Source: Chiloscyllium plagiosum
Lineage: Eukaryota
Assembly: GCF_004010195.1 (NCBI RefSeq)
Contig: NC_057718.1
Span: 36,006,501 to 36,070,500 of the forward strand
Direction: 5' to 3'
Length of the DNA stretch: 64,000 nucleotides
The notes beneath the pieces were generated by a model. It was not told where the DNA came from, made no database searches, and saw nothing but the letters and a program-made list of their open reading frames with translations. Made by a program: the position numbers and the translations under genes. The first letter of the stretch is position 1, and each line of letters starts with the position of its first letter. Of the stretch, positions 23,821-37,377 are shown piece by piece.

Positions 23821-24119
23821 CCTGGAGCACCAGTACACTAAACTCTGTTGTTGAATCCTGATTCTGAATCTGTGGCTGGTGATTTTCCCCACAACAACAG
23901 GAAGTGAACATTCACTGAAATTCAAAGTCTACGCACTATTTTTCAACCACCAATCAATAAGCCTGGTAAAGGCCTACTTGTCTGTGAGTTTACATTGTCC
24001 ACTCCATTTTATACCAAGCAAAACATTGGGAATAAGTTACACAGGTACAAGTAAGTGTCAGAAGCATTAAAAGGACAGAATATGGAATTGTACCTCTCTG
24101 GATCAGCAGACTCTGCTGA

Positions 24120-25543
24120 TAGAAACATAGACAGAGAAACATAAAAGGTAGGAGCATGTGGAGGCCATTCATTATGATCGTGGCTGATCATCGAGTTCAA
24201 TATCGTACTCCTGTCCTCCCCCAGTATCCCTTGATCCTTTAGCCACAAGAGCTCCATCTACCTCTTTCATGAAAACACATAATGTTTTGGCCTCAACCAC
24301 TTTCTGTGGAGGCAAATTCCACAGGTTCATCACTCTCTGGGTGAAGACATTTTTCCTAATCTAAAAGGTTTACCCCCTATCCTTAAAACTGTAACCCTTG
24401 GTTCCAGATTCCCTTACCATCAGGAACTTCTTCCTGTATCTAACCTGCCAAATTCTGTTAGGATTTTAGACGTTTCTATAAGATTCCTCCCTCATGCTTC
24501 TAAACACCAGTGGATGCAAACTGAACCAACTCAATCGCATTTCATACATCATCCTAGGAATCAATTTGGTAAACATTCACTGCAATCTCTCTATTGCAAT
24601 AACATCCTTCCTCAGATAAGGAGACCAAAACTGCATGCAATATTCCCACTTTGGCCTTCACAATGCCCCCCCTATATAATTACAGCAAGACATCTATGTA
24701 TTTGAATCCCCTTGCAATGCAGGCCCATTTACAGTTTGCCTTTTTTACTGTGTGCTACACCTGCCCGAAGACACCCAGGTCTGATTGAATGTTTATTCCC
24801 CACCCCTCCACCTCTTAGTTTCCATCCATTCAAGTAATAACTTGCCTTTCTATTTCTGCTACCAAAGTTGATCACTTCATACTTGTGCATACGAAATTGT
24901 ACCTGCCATGCATTTGCTTACCAACTCAGCCTGTCTAAGTCACACTGCAATATCTCTGCATCCTCCTTACAGTTCACCCTTCCATCCAACTTTGTGTCAT
25001 GTTAGAAATGTTAGATCTAGTTCCCGTACCTAAACCATTAACATTTGTGAATTTATTGTGAATAGCTGGAGTCCTAGTACTGATCCCAGCAATACCCCAC
25101 TGTCATTCAGAAAAAGAACCATTATGTCCCTCTTTTTGTTTCCTGTTGGCTAACTAGTATTCAGTCCGTTCCAACGCACAGTCCCCAATCCCATGCGTTT
25201 TACCTTTTACATATTAACCTCTAATGTGAGACTTTATAGAAAGTCCTCTGGAAGTGCAAATGAATTGTATCCACTTGTTCCTCTGATCAACTCTACTAGT
25301 TACATCCTTGAAGAAGTCCAGTAGCTTTTGTTTTTTGTAAATCTATGCTAACCGTGCCTAACTTTACTACCATTTTCTAAGTGGTCTGCTATAAAATCTT
25401 TGATAATAGACACTAGCATCTTCTCCACTACCGATGTCAGGCTCGCTGGTCTATAATTCTCTGTTTTCTCTCTGCCTACCTTTTTAAGTAGAGGGACTAC
25501 ATTAACCACCCTCCAATCTGTAGGAATGACTGATTCTAAAGAA
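24120..25543 (-). mobile_element. Older CR1 (3' UTR and RT, with deletions); resumes at about 28780-28910 after a younger nested CR1
   Basis: IPTDWRVVNVVPLLKKVGREKTENYRPASLTSVVEKML; the flanks ...ttctaaagaa | cattggaagatgaccaccaatgc rejoin. Confidence 0.85.
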
Positions 25544-28500
25544 AAGAACATAAAACATTACAGCGCAATCCAGGCCCTTCGGCCCTCGATGTTGTACTGA
25601 CCTGTGGAACAGATCTGAAGTCCATCTAACCTATACTATTCCATTCTTGTCCATATGTGTATCTAACGACCATTTAAATGCCCTTAAAGTAGGCGAGTCT
25701 ACTACTGTTGCAGTCAGTGCATTGCACGCCCCAACTATTCTCTGAGTAAAGAAACTACCTCCGACATCTGTCTTATATCTGTTACCCCTCAATTTAAAGT
25801 TCTGTCTCCTTATGCGAGTCATTGCCATCTGAGGAAAAAGGCTCTCACTATCCACCCTATCTAACCCTCTAATTGTCTTGTATGTCTCAATCAAGTGACC
25901 TCTCAACCTTCTTCCCTCTAATGAAAACAGCTTCAAGACCCTCAGCCTTTCCTCATAAGCCCTTCCCTCCATACCAGGCAACATCCTAGTAAATCTCCTC
26001 TGAACCCTTTCCAAAGCTTCCACATCCTTCCTATAATGCAGTGACCAGAACTGTATGCAATACTCCAAATGTGGCTGCACCAGAGTCTTGTACAGCTGTA
26101 GCATGACCTCATAGTTCCAAAACTCAATCCCTCTACCAATAAAAGCTAACACATCATATGCGGTCTTAATAACCCTATCAACCTGGGTGACAACTTTCAA
26201 GGATCTATGTACCTGGATACTGAGATCTTCTCTGCTCATCTACACTACCAAGAATCTTACCATTAGCCCAATACTCTGCATTCCTGTTACTCCTTCCAAA
26301 GTGAATCACCTCACACTTTTCTGCATTAAGCTCCATTTACCACTTCTCAGCCCAGGTCTGCAGCTCATCTGTGTCCCTCTTTAATCTGCAACATCCTTTG
26401 TCACTATCCACAACTCTACCGACCTTAGTGTCATCCACAAATTTACTAACCCATCCTTCTATGTCCCCATCCAGGTCGTTTATAAAAATGACAAACAGCA
26501 GTGGACCCAAAACAGATCCTTGCTGTATCCCACTAGTAATTGAACTCCAGGATGAATATTTCCCATCAACCACCAACCTCTACCTTCTTTCAGCTAGCCG
26601 ATTTCTGATCCAAACTGCTAAGTCACCGTCAATCCCATACCTCCGTATTTTGTGTAATAGCTTACTGCGGGGAACCTTATCAAACGCCTTACTGAAATCC
26701 ATGTACACCACATCAACAGGTTTACCTTCATCTACCTGTTTGGTCACCTTCTCAAAGAACGCAACAAGGTTTGTGAGGCACGACCTACCCTTCACAAAAC
26801 CACATTGAGTATCCATAATTAACTTATTTGTTTCTAGATGATTACAAATCCTATCTCTTATAACCCTTTCCAACACTTTACCCACAACTGAAGTAAAGCT
26901 CACGGGTCTATAATTTCCAGGGTTGTCTCTACTCCCCTTCTTGAACAAGAGAACAACATTTGCTATCCCCAGTCCTCTGGCACTATTCCTGTAGACAATG
27001 ATGACATAAAGATCAAAGCTAAAATCTCAGCAATCTCCTCCCTGACTTCCCAGAGAAACCTAGGATAAATGCCATCCGGCTCAGGGGACATCTGTTTTCA
27101 CACTTTCCAGAATCGCTAACACCTCCTCCTTATGCACTTCAATTTCATCTAGTCTAGTAGCCAGTATCTCATTATTCTCCTCAGCAACATTGATTTTTCT
27201 AGTGTGAATACTGACGACAAGTGTTCATTTAGCACTTCCCTCTCTCCCCTGACTCCACACACAACTTCCCACTACTATCCTTGATTGGCACTAATCTTAC
27301 TCATACTTTTATTCCTGATATACCTACAGAAAGCCTTAGGGTTTTCCTTGGTCCTATCTGCCAATGACTTCTCATTTCCCCTCCTGGCTCTTCTTAGCTC
27401 TCTCTTTAGGTCTTATCTGGCTAACTTATAACTCTCAAGCACCCTAACCAAGCCATCGCATCTTATCCTAACATAAGCCTTCTTCTTCCTCTTGACAAGC
27501 GATTCAACTTCCATAGTAAACCACAGCTCCCGCGCTTGATAACTTCCTCCTTGCCTGACAGGTACATACTTATCAAAGACCCGCAGTAGCTGTTCTTTGC
27601 AGAAGCTCCACCTTTCAACTGTGCCCAACCCCTGCAGTTTCCTGCCCCATCCTATGCATCCTAAATCTTGGCTAATCGCATGATAATTGCCTTTTTCCCA
27701 ACTATAACTCTTGCCCTGCAGTATATACCTATCCCCTTCCATCACAAAAGTAAACATAACCAAATTGTGGTCACTATCACCAAAGTGCCCACCTACCTCC
27801 AAATCTAACACTTGGCTAGGTTCATTACCCAGTATCAAATCTAATGTGACCTCGCCCCTTGTTGGTTTGTCTACACACTGTGTCAGGAAACCCTCCTGCA
27901 CACATTGGACAAAAACTGACCCATCTAAAATACTTGAGCTATAGTATTTCCAGTCAATATTTGGAAAGTTAAAGCCCCTATAGCAACTACCCTGTCAGTC
28001 TCACTCCTATTGAGGATCCTCTACATCTCTGGAACTATTCAGAGGCTGATAGAAAATTCCCAACAGGGTAACCTCTCCTTTCCTGTTTCTAATCTCAGCC
28101 CATACTACTTCAGTAGATGAGTTCTCAAACGTCCTTTCTGCAACCGTAATACTGTCCTTGACTAACAGTGCCACGCCACCCCCTCTTTTACCATCATCTC
28201 TGTTCTTACTGAAACATATAAATCCTGGAATCTGCAACAACCATTCCTGTCCCTCCTCGAGCCATGTCTTTGAAATGGCCACAACATCAAAATCCCAGGT
28301 ACCAACCCATGCTGCTAGTTCACCTACCTTATTCCGAATGCTCCTGGCAGTGAAGTAGACACACTTCAAACCAACTGCTTGCTTGCCAATGCCTTCTTGC
28401 TATGTGAAATCTTATTTCTGACTTCACTACTGTCAACCTCCTGTATACTCGAACTACAATTTTGGTTCCCACCACCCTGCTGAATTAGTTTAAACCTGCC

Positions 28501-28779
28501 TGAAGAGCATTAACAAATTCCGCCCCCCCCCCCCCAGGATATTGGTACCCCTCTGGTTCAGGTGAAAACCATCCTGTTTGTTGAGGTCCCAATTACCCTA
28601 GAAAGAGCCCCAATTATCCAGGAATCCAAAACCCTCCTTCCTGCACCATCCCTATAGCTACGTGTTCAACTCCTCTTTCTCTCCCTATTCCTCATCTCAC
28701 TAGCAGATGGCAACAAACAAGAGATAACAACTCTGTTTGTTCTAGCTCTAAGCTTCCACCCTAGCTCCCTGAATTTCTG
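25544..28779 (-). mobile_element. CR1 LINE: 3' end of ORF1 (esterase/SGNH-like) plus a complete but disrupted ORF2 (APE and RT) and 3' UTR
   Basis: QDGFHLNQRGTNILG at the ORF1 end; KCVYFTARSIRNK, GGGVALLVK, LDLIL..SDH, NYRPVSFTS, DFSKAFDKV, QGSVLGPLLF, KFVDDTK. Confidence 0.95.
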
Positions 28780-29034
28780 CATTGGAAGATGACCACCAAT
28801 GCATCCATTATTTCTAGGTCCACTTCCTTATATATTCTGGGATGTAGATTATCAGGCTCTGTGGATTTATCAGCTTTCAATCCCAGAAATTTCTCCAACA
28901 CCATTTCTCTATGTGGCAGTTTCTGGATTTTATTAGACTTTATTTATTCCCCATTTTCAGGCTGCTATCATAAATAAACAGAGAGAAGGGAAAGGGGCCT
29001 GAGATAGGGCAATCATAGGAGGTGAAGGAACTGG

Positions 29035-29254
29035 GTCGAGAGTGTGGTGCTGGAAAGGCAAAGCAGGTCAGGCAGCATCTGAAGAGCAAGAAAATCGATG
29101 TTTCGAGCATAAGCCCTTCATCAGGAATCATGGCAGAAACTTTTGCCCCAAACGTCAATGCTCCTGCTCCTCGGATGCTGCCTGACCTGTTGTGCTTTTC
29201 CAGCACCATTCTCTCGACTCTGATCTCCAACATCTGCCGTTCTCACTTTCCTCT
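29035..29254 (+). mobile_element. 220-bp palindromic non-autonomous Penelope derivative with a hammerhead motif and a 15-bp TSD
   Basis: Inverted arms; 36-nt one-sided tail 29219-29254; TSD aggtgaaggaa(c/t)tgg at 29020-29034 and 29255-29269; minus-strand CUGAUGA-A-GGGC-UUAU-GCUC-GAAA-CAUC. Confidence 0.85.
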
Positions 29255-29594
29255 AGGTGAAGGAATTGGACCTCCCAGACCCGATGGGGACCCAAAGGAA
29301 CCTTTTCCAATGTGAAGGAAATGAAGAGAAGGAGACAGAGGAGGCAACAGGGTACATATGTCCGTGAACCAGACAGTAAGGGACTTACTGCTGCATAAGG
29401 GGTGGTACAAGGTAGGTAGAAACAGCATATATTCATACAAACATATGAATTAGGATCAGAGTAGACTATTCAGCTCCTAAAGCCTCCTCTGCCATTCAAT
29501 AAGATTTTGGTTGATCTGCAGATGTTCTGAATTTCACATTGCTGTCTACTTTAATAATGTTTGATTCAATAGCCTGACAAGAATCCTCGCAGAC

Positions 29595-30245
29595 AAAAAA
29601 ACTGAAAGGAACTGTGGATGCTGAAAATCAGAAACAAAAACAGAAATTTCTGGAAAATCTCAGTAGGTCTGGCAGCACTTGTAGAGAGAAATGTTTTGAG
29701 TCCAGTGACCCTTCTTCCTCCCTAATGGTCGCAAGAAAAAGGTGGATATTTGTACAGGAGACGGGTGAAGGGAGATGGGAGAGTAAACAATAGGTGGTGA
29801 TAATGCTTAAAGAGAGAGAAAAACCATTGGACAGACAAAGGAGTGGTGAAAGGTCAGTCTGGGGGAATGAACAGCTGGTAATAAGGGTGATTAGTAGTTG
29901 AAAATGGGTGGTGTGTAGGAACAGCCCACATGATGACAAGGCCTGGTGAGTGGGGGTTGGGTAATGACATGGGAGAAAGTGCCTCAAGCCCTAAAATTGT
30001 TGAACTCGATATTAAATCCAGAAGACTGCAGTGTTCCCAAGTGTAAATGAGATGCTGATCTCCCAACTTGTGCTGAACTTCACTGGAGCACTGCAGCATG
30101 CCTGAGACAGAGATGTTGGCCAGGGAACAACTGTGTTGAAGTGGCAGGCAACTGAAAGCTTAAGTCTTTTTTGTGGACAGAACTTGGCTGTTCTGCAAAG
30201 CGATCACCAGTCTGCACTTCATTTCCACAATATAGAGGAGACTGT
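29595..30245 (-). mobile_element. Penelope-like element 3' end (GIY-YIG C-terminus and pLTR)
   Basis: LLYIVEMKCRL (cf. YIGETKRRL), LQCSSEVQHKLGDQHLI; the pLTR matches the arms at 45091-45286 and 52950-53096. Confidence 0.8.
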
Positions 30246-30284
30246 ATTCAGTGCTCACAATGTGACTATGCATAAATAATCTGC

Positions 30285-30390
30285 CATGTTTTGTTACATT
30301 AGAACAGTAATCACACTTCAAAATAATACGTGACTGATTATGAAACACTTAAGGATGTCCTGAGGTTGTGCAGGGTGCTATACAAATATT
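30285..30390 (+). mobile_element. L2-type or Deu-SINE 3' tail
   Basis: aaacacttaaggatgtcctgaggttgtgcagggtgctatacaaat. Confidence 0.55.
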
Positions 30391-31076
30391 GAGACTATTT
30401 GTTCTCGATCTGTCAACATTCTGTGCTTCACTGTATTTGTCTGATGTCAAATTGTTACTTATTAATAAAGGTACTTCTAAGACACTAGACTTCATTGGTC
30501 ATACTAATCACAGATTTTTCCCTTGGCAGTTCTTAAATCTTAAGAAAGCACAAGTTTGTTCAAGATTGCTGCAATACTTAGTAAAAAAACCTTTACACAC
30601 CAGACCAAATAAAACAATATAATGATTATTCTGTGAAGCAATAGCAACTTGCCTACACAAGGTACTAGAAAGAGTTTGTAACTTAAGGCCTCAATGTCTA
30701 AAAGCATGGCCACTAATCATTTTGCTAAGCAAGTTCGAAATATCTAACGAGTTCTCAGAGGACTGCAAAGTTGAGGGAGGCGACAAAGAGAAGAAAATGA
30801 CCATCTATGTGATGAATGTGTAGCAATCTTTTTCCAAATCCAGGCTTTCATTTTATGGCAATGTTTCTTGCTTGTACTTCATTAAAATAGCTACTGTTAG
30901 TGATTCCTTTGAGATTCTTCTCTTGTTCCTTATAAACTTTAAATGTACCATCTTACCTGCCTTTTTTTATCCTTATGTCCTCACTATATACAAGTAATTT
31001 TGTTGTATTCTCTCCTGTTACAGTCTTTTCTGTTATCTGTGGACTGTAAAACCTATTGCTTTTTTCAATCTTTGTT

Positions 31077-33700
31077 TCATAGAACATAGAATAAATAGAA
31101 CAATACAGTTCAGAACAGGCCCTTCAGCCCTCGATGTTGCGCCGACCTGTGAACTATTCTCAGCTCGTCCCCCTACACTATCCCAAAATCATCCATGTGC
31201 TTATCTAAGGATTGTTTAAACCTCCCTAATGTGGCTGAGTTGACTACCTTAGCAGGTAGGGCATTCCACGCCCTTACCACTCTATGTGTACAGAACCTGC
31301 CTCTGATATCTGTCTTAAATCTATCACCCCTCAAATTGTAGTTGTCCCCTCTCGTACAAGTTGACGTCATCATCCTAGGAAAAAGACTTTCACTGTCTAC
31401 CCTATCTAATCCTCTGATCACCTTGTATGTCTCGATCAAATCCCCCCTTAGTCTTCTTCTTCCCAATGAGAACAACCCAAGTCTCTCAGCCTTTCCTCAT
31501 AAGACTTTCCCTCCAGACCAGGCAGCATCCTGGTAAATCTCCTCTGCACCTTTTCCAATGCTTCCACATCCTTTCTGTAATGGGGCGACCATTACAGAAT
31601 ATTCCGAGTGTGGCTGCACCAGCGTTTTGTATAGTTGCAGCATGATATTGCAGTTCCGGAATCAATCCCTCTACCAATGAAACCTAACACACTGTATGAC
31701 TTCTTAACAGCACTATCCACCTGGGTGGCAATTTTCAGGGATCTATGCACATGGAGTCCAAGATCTCTCTGCACATCCACACTACCAAGAATCTTTCCAC
31801 TGACCAAGTACTCTGCCATCCTGTTATTCTTCCCAAAGTGCATCATCTCACATTTATCTGCATTGAACTCCATTTGCCACCTCTCAGCCCAATTCTGCAG
31901 TTTATCCAAGTCTCCCTGCAACCTGTAACATTCTTCCAAACTGTCCACTACTCCACCGACTTTAGTGTCGTCTGCAAATTTACTAATCCATCCACCTATG
32001 CCTGCACCTAAGTCATTTATAAAAATGACAAACAGCAGTGGTCCCAAAACAGACCCTTGTGGCACACCACTAGGAACCGGACTCCAGACTGAATATTTAC
32101 CATCAACCACCACTCGCTGCCTTCTTCCAGAAAGCCAGTTTCTAATCCAAACTGCTAAATCACCCTAAATTCCATGTCTCTGCATTTTCTCCAACAGCCT
32201 ACCATGTGGAACCTTATCAAAGGCTTTACTGAAGTCCAAGTATACCACATCAACTGCCCTACCCTCACCTACATGCTTGGTCTCCTTCTCAAAGAACTCA
32301 ATGAGGTTTGTGAGACATGGCCTGCCCTTGATGAAGCCATGTTGAGTATCTGAAATCAAATTGTTGCTTGCTAGATGATTATAAATCTTATCTCTCATAA
32401 TCCTTTCCAATACCTTTCCTACAACAGAAGTAAGGCTCACTGGTCTATAATTACCTGGGTCATTTCTGCTGCCCTTCTTGAACAAGGGCACAACATTTGC
32501 AATCCTCCAGTCCTCAGGTACTAAACCTGTAGACAATGACGACTCAAATATCAAAGCCAAAGGCTATTCTACCTCCTCCCTAGCTTCCCAGAGAATCCTC
32601 GGATAAATCCCATCAGGCCCAGGGTACTTGTCTACTTTCACTCCTTCTAGAATTGATAACACCTGTTCGTAACTAACCTCGATCCTTTCTAGTCTAATAT
32701 CTTGTACCTCATTCTTCTCCTCTACAATACCCTCCTTTTCCTGAGTGAACACCGATGAGAAATGTTCATTTAGCACCTCTCCAATCTCCACAGGGTCCAC
32801 ACTCAACTTTCCACTTCTGTCTTTGATTGACCCTATTCCTACCCTAATCATCCTTTTATTCCTCACATACCTATAGAAAGCTTTAGGGCACTCCTCTATT
32901 CTCTTTACTAAAGACTGCTCGTGTCCTCTCTTTGCTCTTCTTAACTCTCTCTTTAAATCCTTCCTAGCTGATCTGTAACTCTCCATTGCCTCATCTGAAC
33001 CATCTTGCCTCATCAACACACAAGCCTCCTTCTTCTTCTTAACAAGAGATACAATTTCTGTAGTAAACCANNNNNNNNNNNNNNNNNNNNNNNNNNNNNN
33101 NNNNNNNNNNNNNNNNNNNNNNNNNNNNNNNNNNNNNNNNNNNNNNNNNNNNNNNNNAGATCCAGTGTGGCCTCTCCTCTTGTCGGCCCTTCGACATACT
33201 GTGTCAGGAAACCCTCCTGTACACATTGGACAAAAACTGATCCATCCGATGTACTAGAGCTATAACATTTCCAATCAATGTTGGGGAAGTTAAAGTCTCC
33301 CATAATGACCACCCTGTTCTTTTCACTCCTACCCAGAATAATATTGCTAATCCTCTCTTCCACCTCCCTGGAACTCTGCAGAGGCCTATAAAAAACTCCG
33401 AGGAGTGTGACCTCTCCTCTCCTGTTTCTAACCTCAGCCCACCCTACCTCAGTTGACAAGTCCTCATCAAAAGCCACCGCTATACTATCTTTGACTAACA
33501 AGGCCACGCCTCCCCCTATTTTACCGCCTTGCCTGTTTTTAATGAAAGATCTAAACCCTGCAACATCCATTCCTCACCCTGCTCTATCCATGTGTCCGAA
33601 ATGGCCACAACATCGAAGTCCCAGGTACCTATCCATGCTGCAAGCTCCCCTACTTTATTTCGGATACTTCTGGCGTTGACGTAGACACACTTCAAACCAC
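31077..33700 (-). mobile_element. CR1 LINE ORF2 (APE and RT) plus 3' UTR, disrupted, spanning an assembly gap
   Basis: GDFNFPNIDW, NYRPVSLTS, DFSKAFDKVPH, GVPQGSVLGPLLF, KFADDTK; tail (ttctatg)n-like. Confidence 0.95.
33071..33157. other. Assembly gap (87 N)
   Basis: Run of N. Confidence 1.
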
Positions 33701-36039
33701 TTCCTCAAGATGTTTTCAGACAGTTTAGGTATACCTAATCACCATTTCTTGATTTACAACCTTCAGACTTTGCAATTTCACCAGTACCTGGCAGTACATG
33801 GAATTCGACACATTTTCCCTAGCTTCATAAACAAACTCATTGTTAAATCAATTAACTTTGATTTAATTTAGGACTATGAAATATGAGGACAATGACAGTA
33901 GTTGTCAATATAGTAAGTTAAATTAATTTGCTTCAAATAACTAATAAATATCATCCCTACATTCAATCAGATAATGAATGTTTGAAATCTAATTAAAATC
34001 TGTTTATGTGCAATAACATGCAAATGGGGATCAGTTAGTGTAGTCACTGTATTTAATGGATACACTATCCAAGTCTACTTGTTATAAAGGTCCTTTGTGG
34101 AATGTGTGCTTTTAATATTATATGTGTTTGTGGGATAGCGTACGTTTCAGTGGGAGTAAGTGAATATGGTTTGAAATAAAACAGCTAGTGTTAAGAATTT
34201 AAGATTGCTAATCAACTATTTATCCTTACTAAAAGCTGTAGGACTTCTCATTTATTAAGGTCAACTAACTGATGGACTACTTAACATCTTATTCACTTGC
34301 ATTTTTTCTTTTGCAAAGGGGTCATTACAGTAACTAATAGTTTCTATGGGACTTGCAGTAAGTCTCTTCTTACAGAATGTAGTTGGAACATTTTGCCATT
34401 TTGCAAGTTTACATTTTCATTCATTTATTTTCAAGCTGACTTAATAGTTAGTTAATAGACTTATGTTTTAATTGACATTCACATTTTTAGCATACCAATG
34501 TGAGAAAAACTGCATTTGATTATTGTTTTATGGAAGTTGCAAGTGAATTAATTAATTAATTAATTTCTCTCTGATAACTTGGGATGTCGTTTCCTGATTT
34601 TCAGATCAGAGACACTTCACATTTGATGAACATTTGATAACTTAAACTATTCTTACAATGGCTGAATTAAGGAATTACATTTAATAAACATTTCCTCATT
34701 TTCCAGGAAAGTCATTGCTTTGTTGCAATATCTGGGTTATATCTGCCCATCAGTCAAATTTGTTTCTAAAACATAATTTTAAAATGTTGTGTAATTAAAT
34801 ACAGTCAGAAAAGGCAATTATTCAGTTGTGCATCCACAGAAATAAAGATGTTGTCTGACCCTCTGATCATTTCCAGCAGCTTCTGCTTTTAATCACAGAA
34901 TGAAGGCTACTCACCCGTGGGTAATGAAGCACATCCATAACTCTTCCATTGTATTGTTTCCTAAATGTGGTGTTGCCAAGTTACTCTAATGTCACATTGG
35001 AAGGAAGTTTTGTATTTGAACTGAGTAGCATTTCCTTCTATAGCAGATTTTACAGTTAAGGTAAAGGAAGGCTTGATGCATAGATAAAGGGGAAGGATTA
35101 GAAAATTTAACACCCAAACTAACAGCTTTATTACCACTCATGAAGATCATAATTATTATCAGGAACTAGAAATTTTTTGCACGAGCTACAACTGTGCATG
35201 ACGAAAAGATCAATAAAACAACATCTATGATATACAGTTCTTTTTATCACAGGCAAAGAACGTTCAATTCAAATTAATCTTTGTCTGACCTGGCAAATTG
35301 CCAAACCAGACAAGTGTGAGCACCCTGATATAATAATCTTTGCTGAGCCTGGCTGGGACCTGAGGGATTCATTTTTGTAAATTTTGTCTCAACGTGAAAA
35401 TATTGCATGTGTGTGTTGCATCCTGTTTTTCTCTTTTTGTGTTGAGATACAGTATTCTTCCATTTCCGAAGCATTCTGCATGTGCAACATGCTGTTTCTT
35501 AACCTTTTCTGAATATATATTGTTCTGTGATGAATGAAATAATGAGAAATTAGACTCCATATATGATAATAACACATACTAACTGGCTTTCTGGGGCTAC
35601 CAATATGTGATATAGTGTCAAATTATCTGATTCAATGAACAGTGGGAATGAGAGATTGTCGAGTTATTGTAATTTTAGAGCTATAATTTTATTTAAATGC
35701 ATGACAGAAAAATAAGAAGGAACAGACACAAAGGTTGAATTACATTGAGCTTGCATTTGGTAAAACATCCCACCATTTGCAGTACATAATGTGAGATAAC
35801 AGGAAATAAAGACAAAGGCATAATTGAAAGTAAATGTTCTGAAGAAATGGGACACGCCCAATTAATAACTAATGCTCAAGACATAATACTGGTAATTTTT
35901 TACAGGAAGAGAAAAAATGCACATTATTTTTTAATTGATATGATGGTGGGTGTACATACAACACAGCATTCTTATGTAATAGGGACTTGTTTGGATCAGC
36001 TGGCTGGACTGATGCCACACTGAGGTAAACACAAAGGAC

Positions 36040-36160
36040 TCTCCTTCTCAACCTATTCTGTCACCTGAGGCACAGTGACCCTCACATAAACCACCACTAG
36101 CCATCTCTCTACTGAGAGAGCAGTCTATAGTCTTGTAGGACTATTGGGACTTTGCTTTTA
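36040..36160 (+). mobile_element. SINE family C, 3' part
   Basis: ccttctcaacc...cctgaggcacagtgaccctca..taaaccaccactag. Confidence 0.6.
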
Positions 36161-36164
36161 TGTC

Positions 36165-36271
36165 ATAAAACAAATAACTGCAGATGTTCAAAACAGAAAG
36201 TCTGCAGGTCTGGCAGCATCTGTAGAGAGAAAAGAGGGTTAACAGTTTGAGTCCAGTGACCCTTCTTCAGC
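36165..36271 (-). mobile_element. Single Penelope pLTR arm with a decayed hammerhead
   Basis: gcaggtctggcagcatctgtagagag...; minus strand CUGAAGAAGGGUCACUGGACUC-AAAC. Confidence 0.65.
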
Positions 36272-36339
36272 AAGCCATTCATGACACCATGCAATCTCGT
36301 GCATGTTTATGTGACGACTTCACAAGTACACAAACATTA

Positions 36340-36850
36340 GATAGATCACTGCAGGTGTATTATGTGCAGTTCTGGCCACCACACGATGGGAAGGATGCAA
36401 TTGCACTGGAGATAGTGCAGAGGACATTCATCAGGATGTTGCCTGGTTGCAGTATTTTAGCAGAGAAGGCCGAGAGGAGGCCCTGATTGAAGTGTACAAA
36501 ATAATGAGGAGCATGAATTGGGTAGTTAGGAAGAAATGTTTCCCTGTAATAGAAGGTTCACTAACCAGGGGACAGAGTATATAGGGGAAGCAGCGAGAGG
36601 CTTGAGGATATTTGAGGAAAATATTTTTCCTGGGGGTGCTGGGTGCTGGGGGTGGATCTGGAGCTTGCTGCCTGAAAGGATGCTAGAAATGGGAGCCCTC
36701 ACATTTGAGGCATTTAGATAAACACTTGAAATGCCATAGCTACAAGCCTCCAGACCATGAGCTGCAAAATGGCATTAGAATACATAGGTGCTTAATGACC
36801 ATCATGGACACAATGGGCCAAAGGACCTCTTTGTGCTGTAAAACTCAATG
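36340..36850 (+). mobile_element. Degraded CR1 3' fragment
   Basis: YYVQFWPPHDGKDAIALEIVQRTFIRMLPG. Confidence 0.8.
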
Positions 36851-37377
36851 CATAACCCCAATGCAGGAACATGTTTAAGCTTGCACAGCTAGTCATTGGT
36901 TGGGTTTCTAAGAATGCTTTTGGATTGGGTCATAATTTTGTATGGGATGTTCTCCTTAATATCAAACTATTCTTTCCTCTACAGCAGGATTTTCGCAGGC
37001 TATGTGAACAACTATGTAAGCTTGCAGCAAAAGGGTCCTGGCAGCCTAGTTTTTTTAATATTTCTGTGTGATGTTGTACATCATATGTCTAGATTAGTAC
37101 ATTTTACACAAGTGCATATTTTTAGTGGGTGGAATAGGGTGCATTGTATTGAAAGAATACATCTTGGTATCAGTATTGAAAGATTTTACACTTCTTATCT
37201 TGTTGCCCTAGTAAGCATAAGGAGTGATGAAAAGATTGGAAGACCTAAATTTCATAAATCCAATCTATGTGAAGAAAAAGCAATTACTAACTTTTTATTA
37301 ATCCTCAATGGAGACAATAGTTGACGCAAACACAGAAAGGTGACAAATAATGGGAAGAGGCTGAAACATTCTAATTC

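Noticed and set aside
34915..34960. Possible 46-nt minus-strand exon (tttag|GAAAC...CACGG|gtgagt)
   Set aside because: Weak polypyrimidine tract, no recognisable peptide in any frame and no partner exons found
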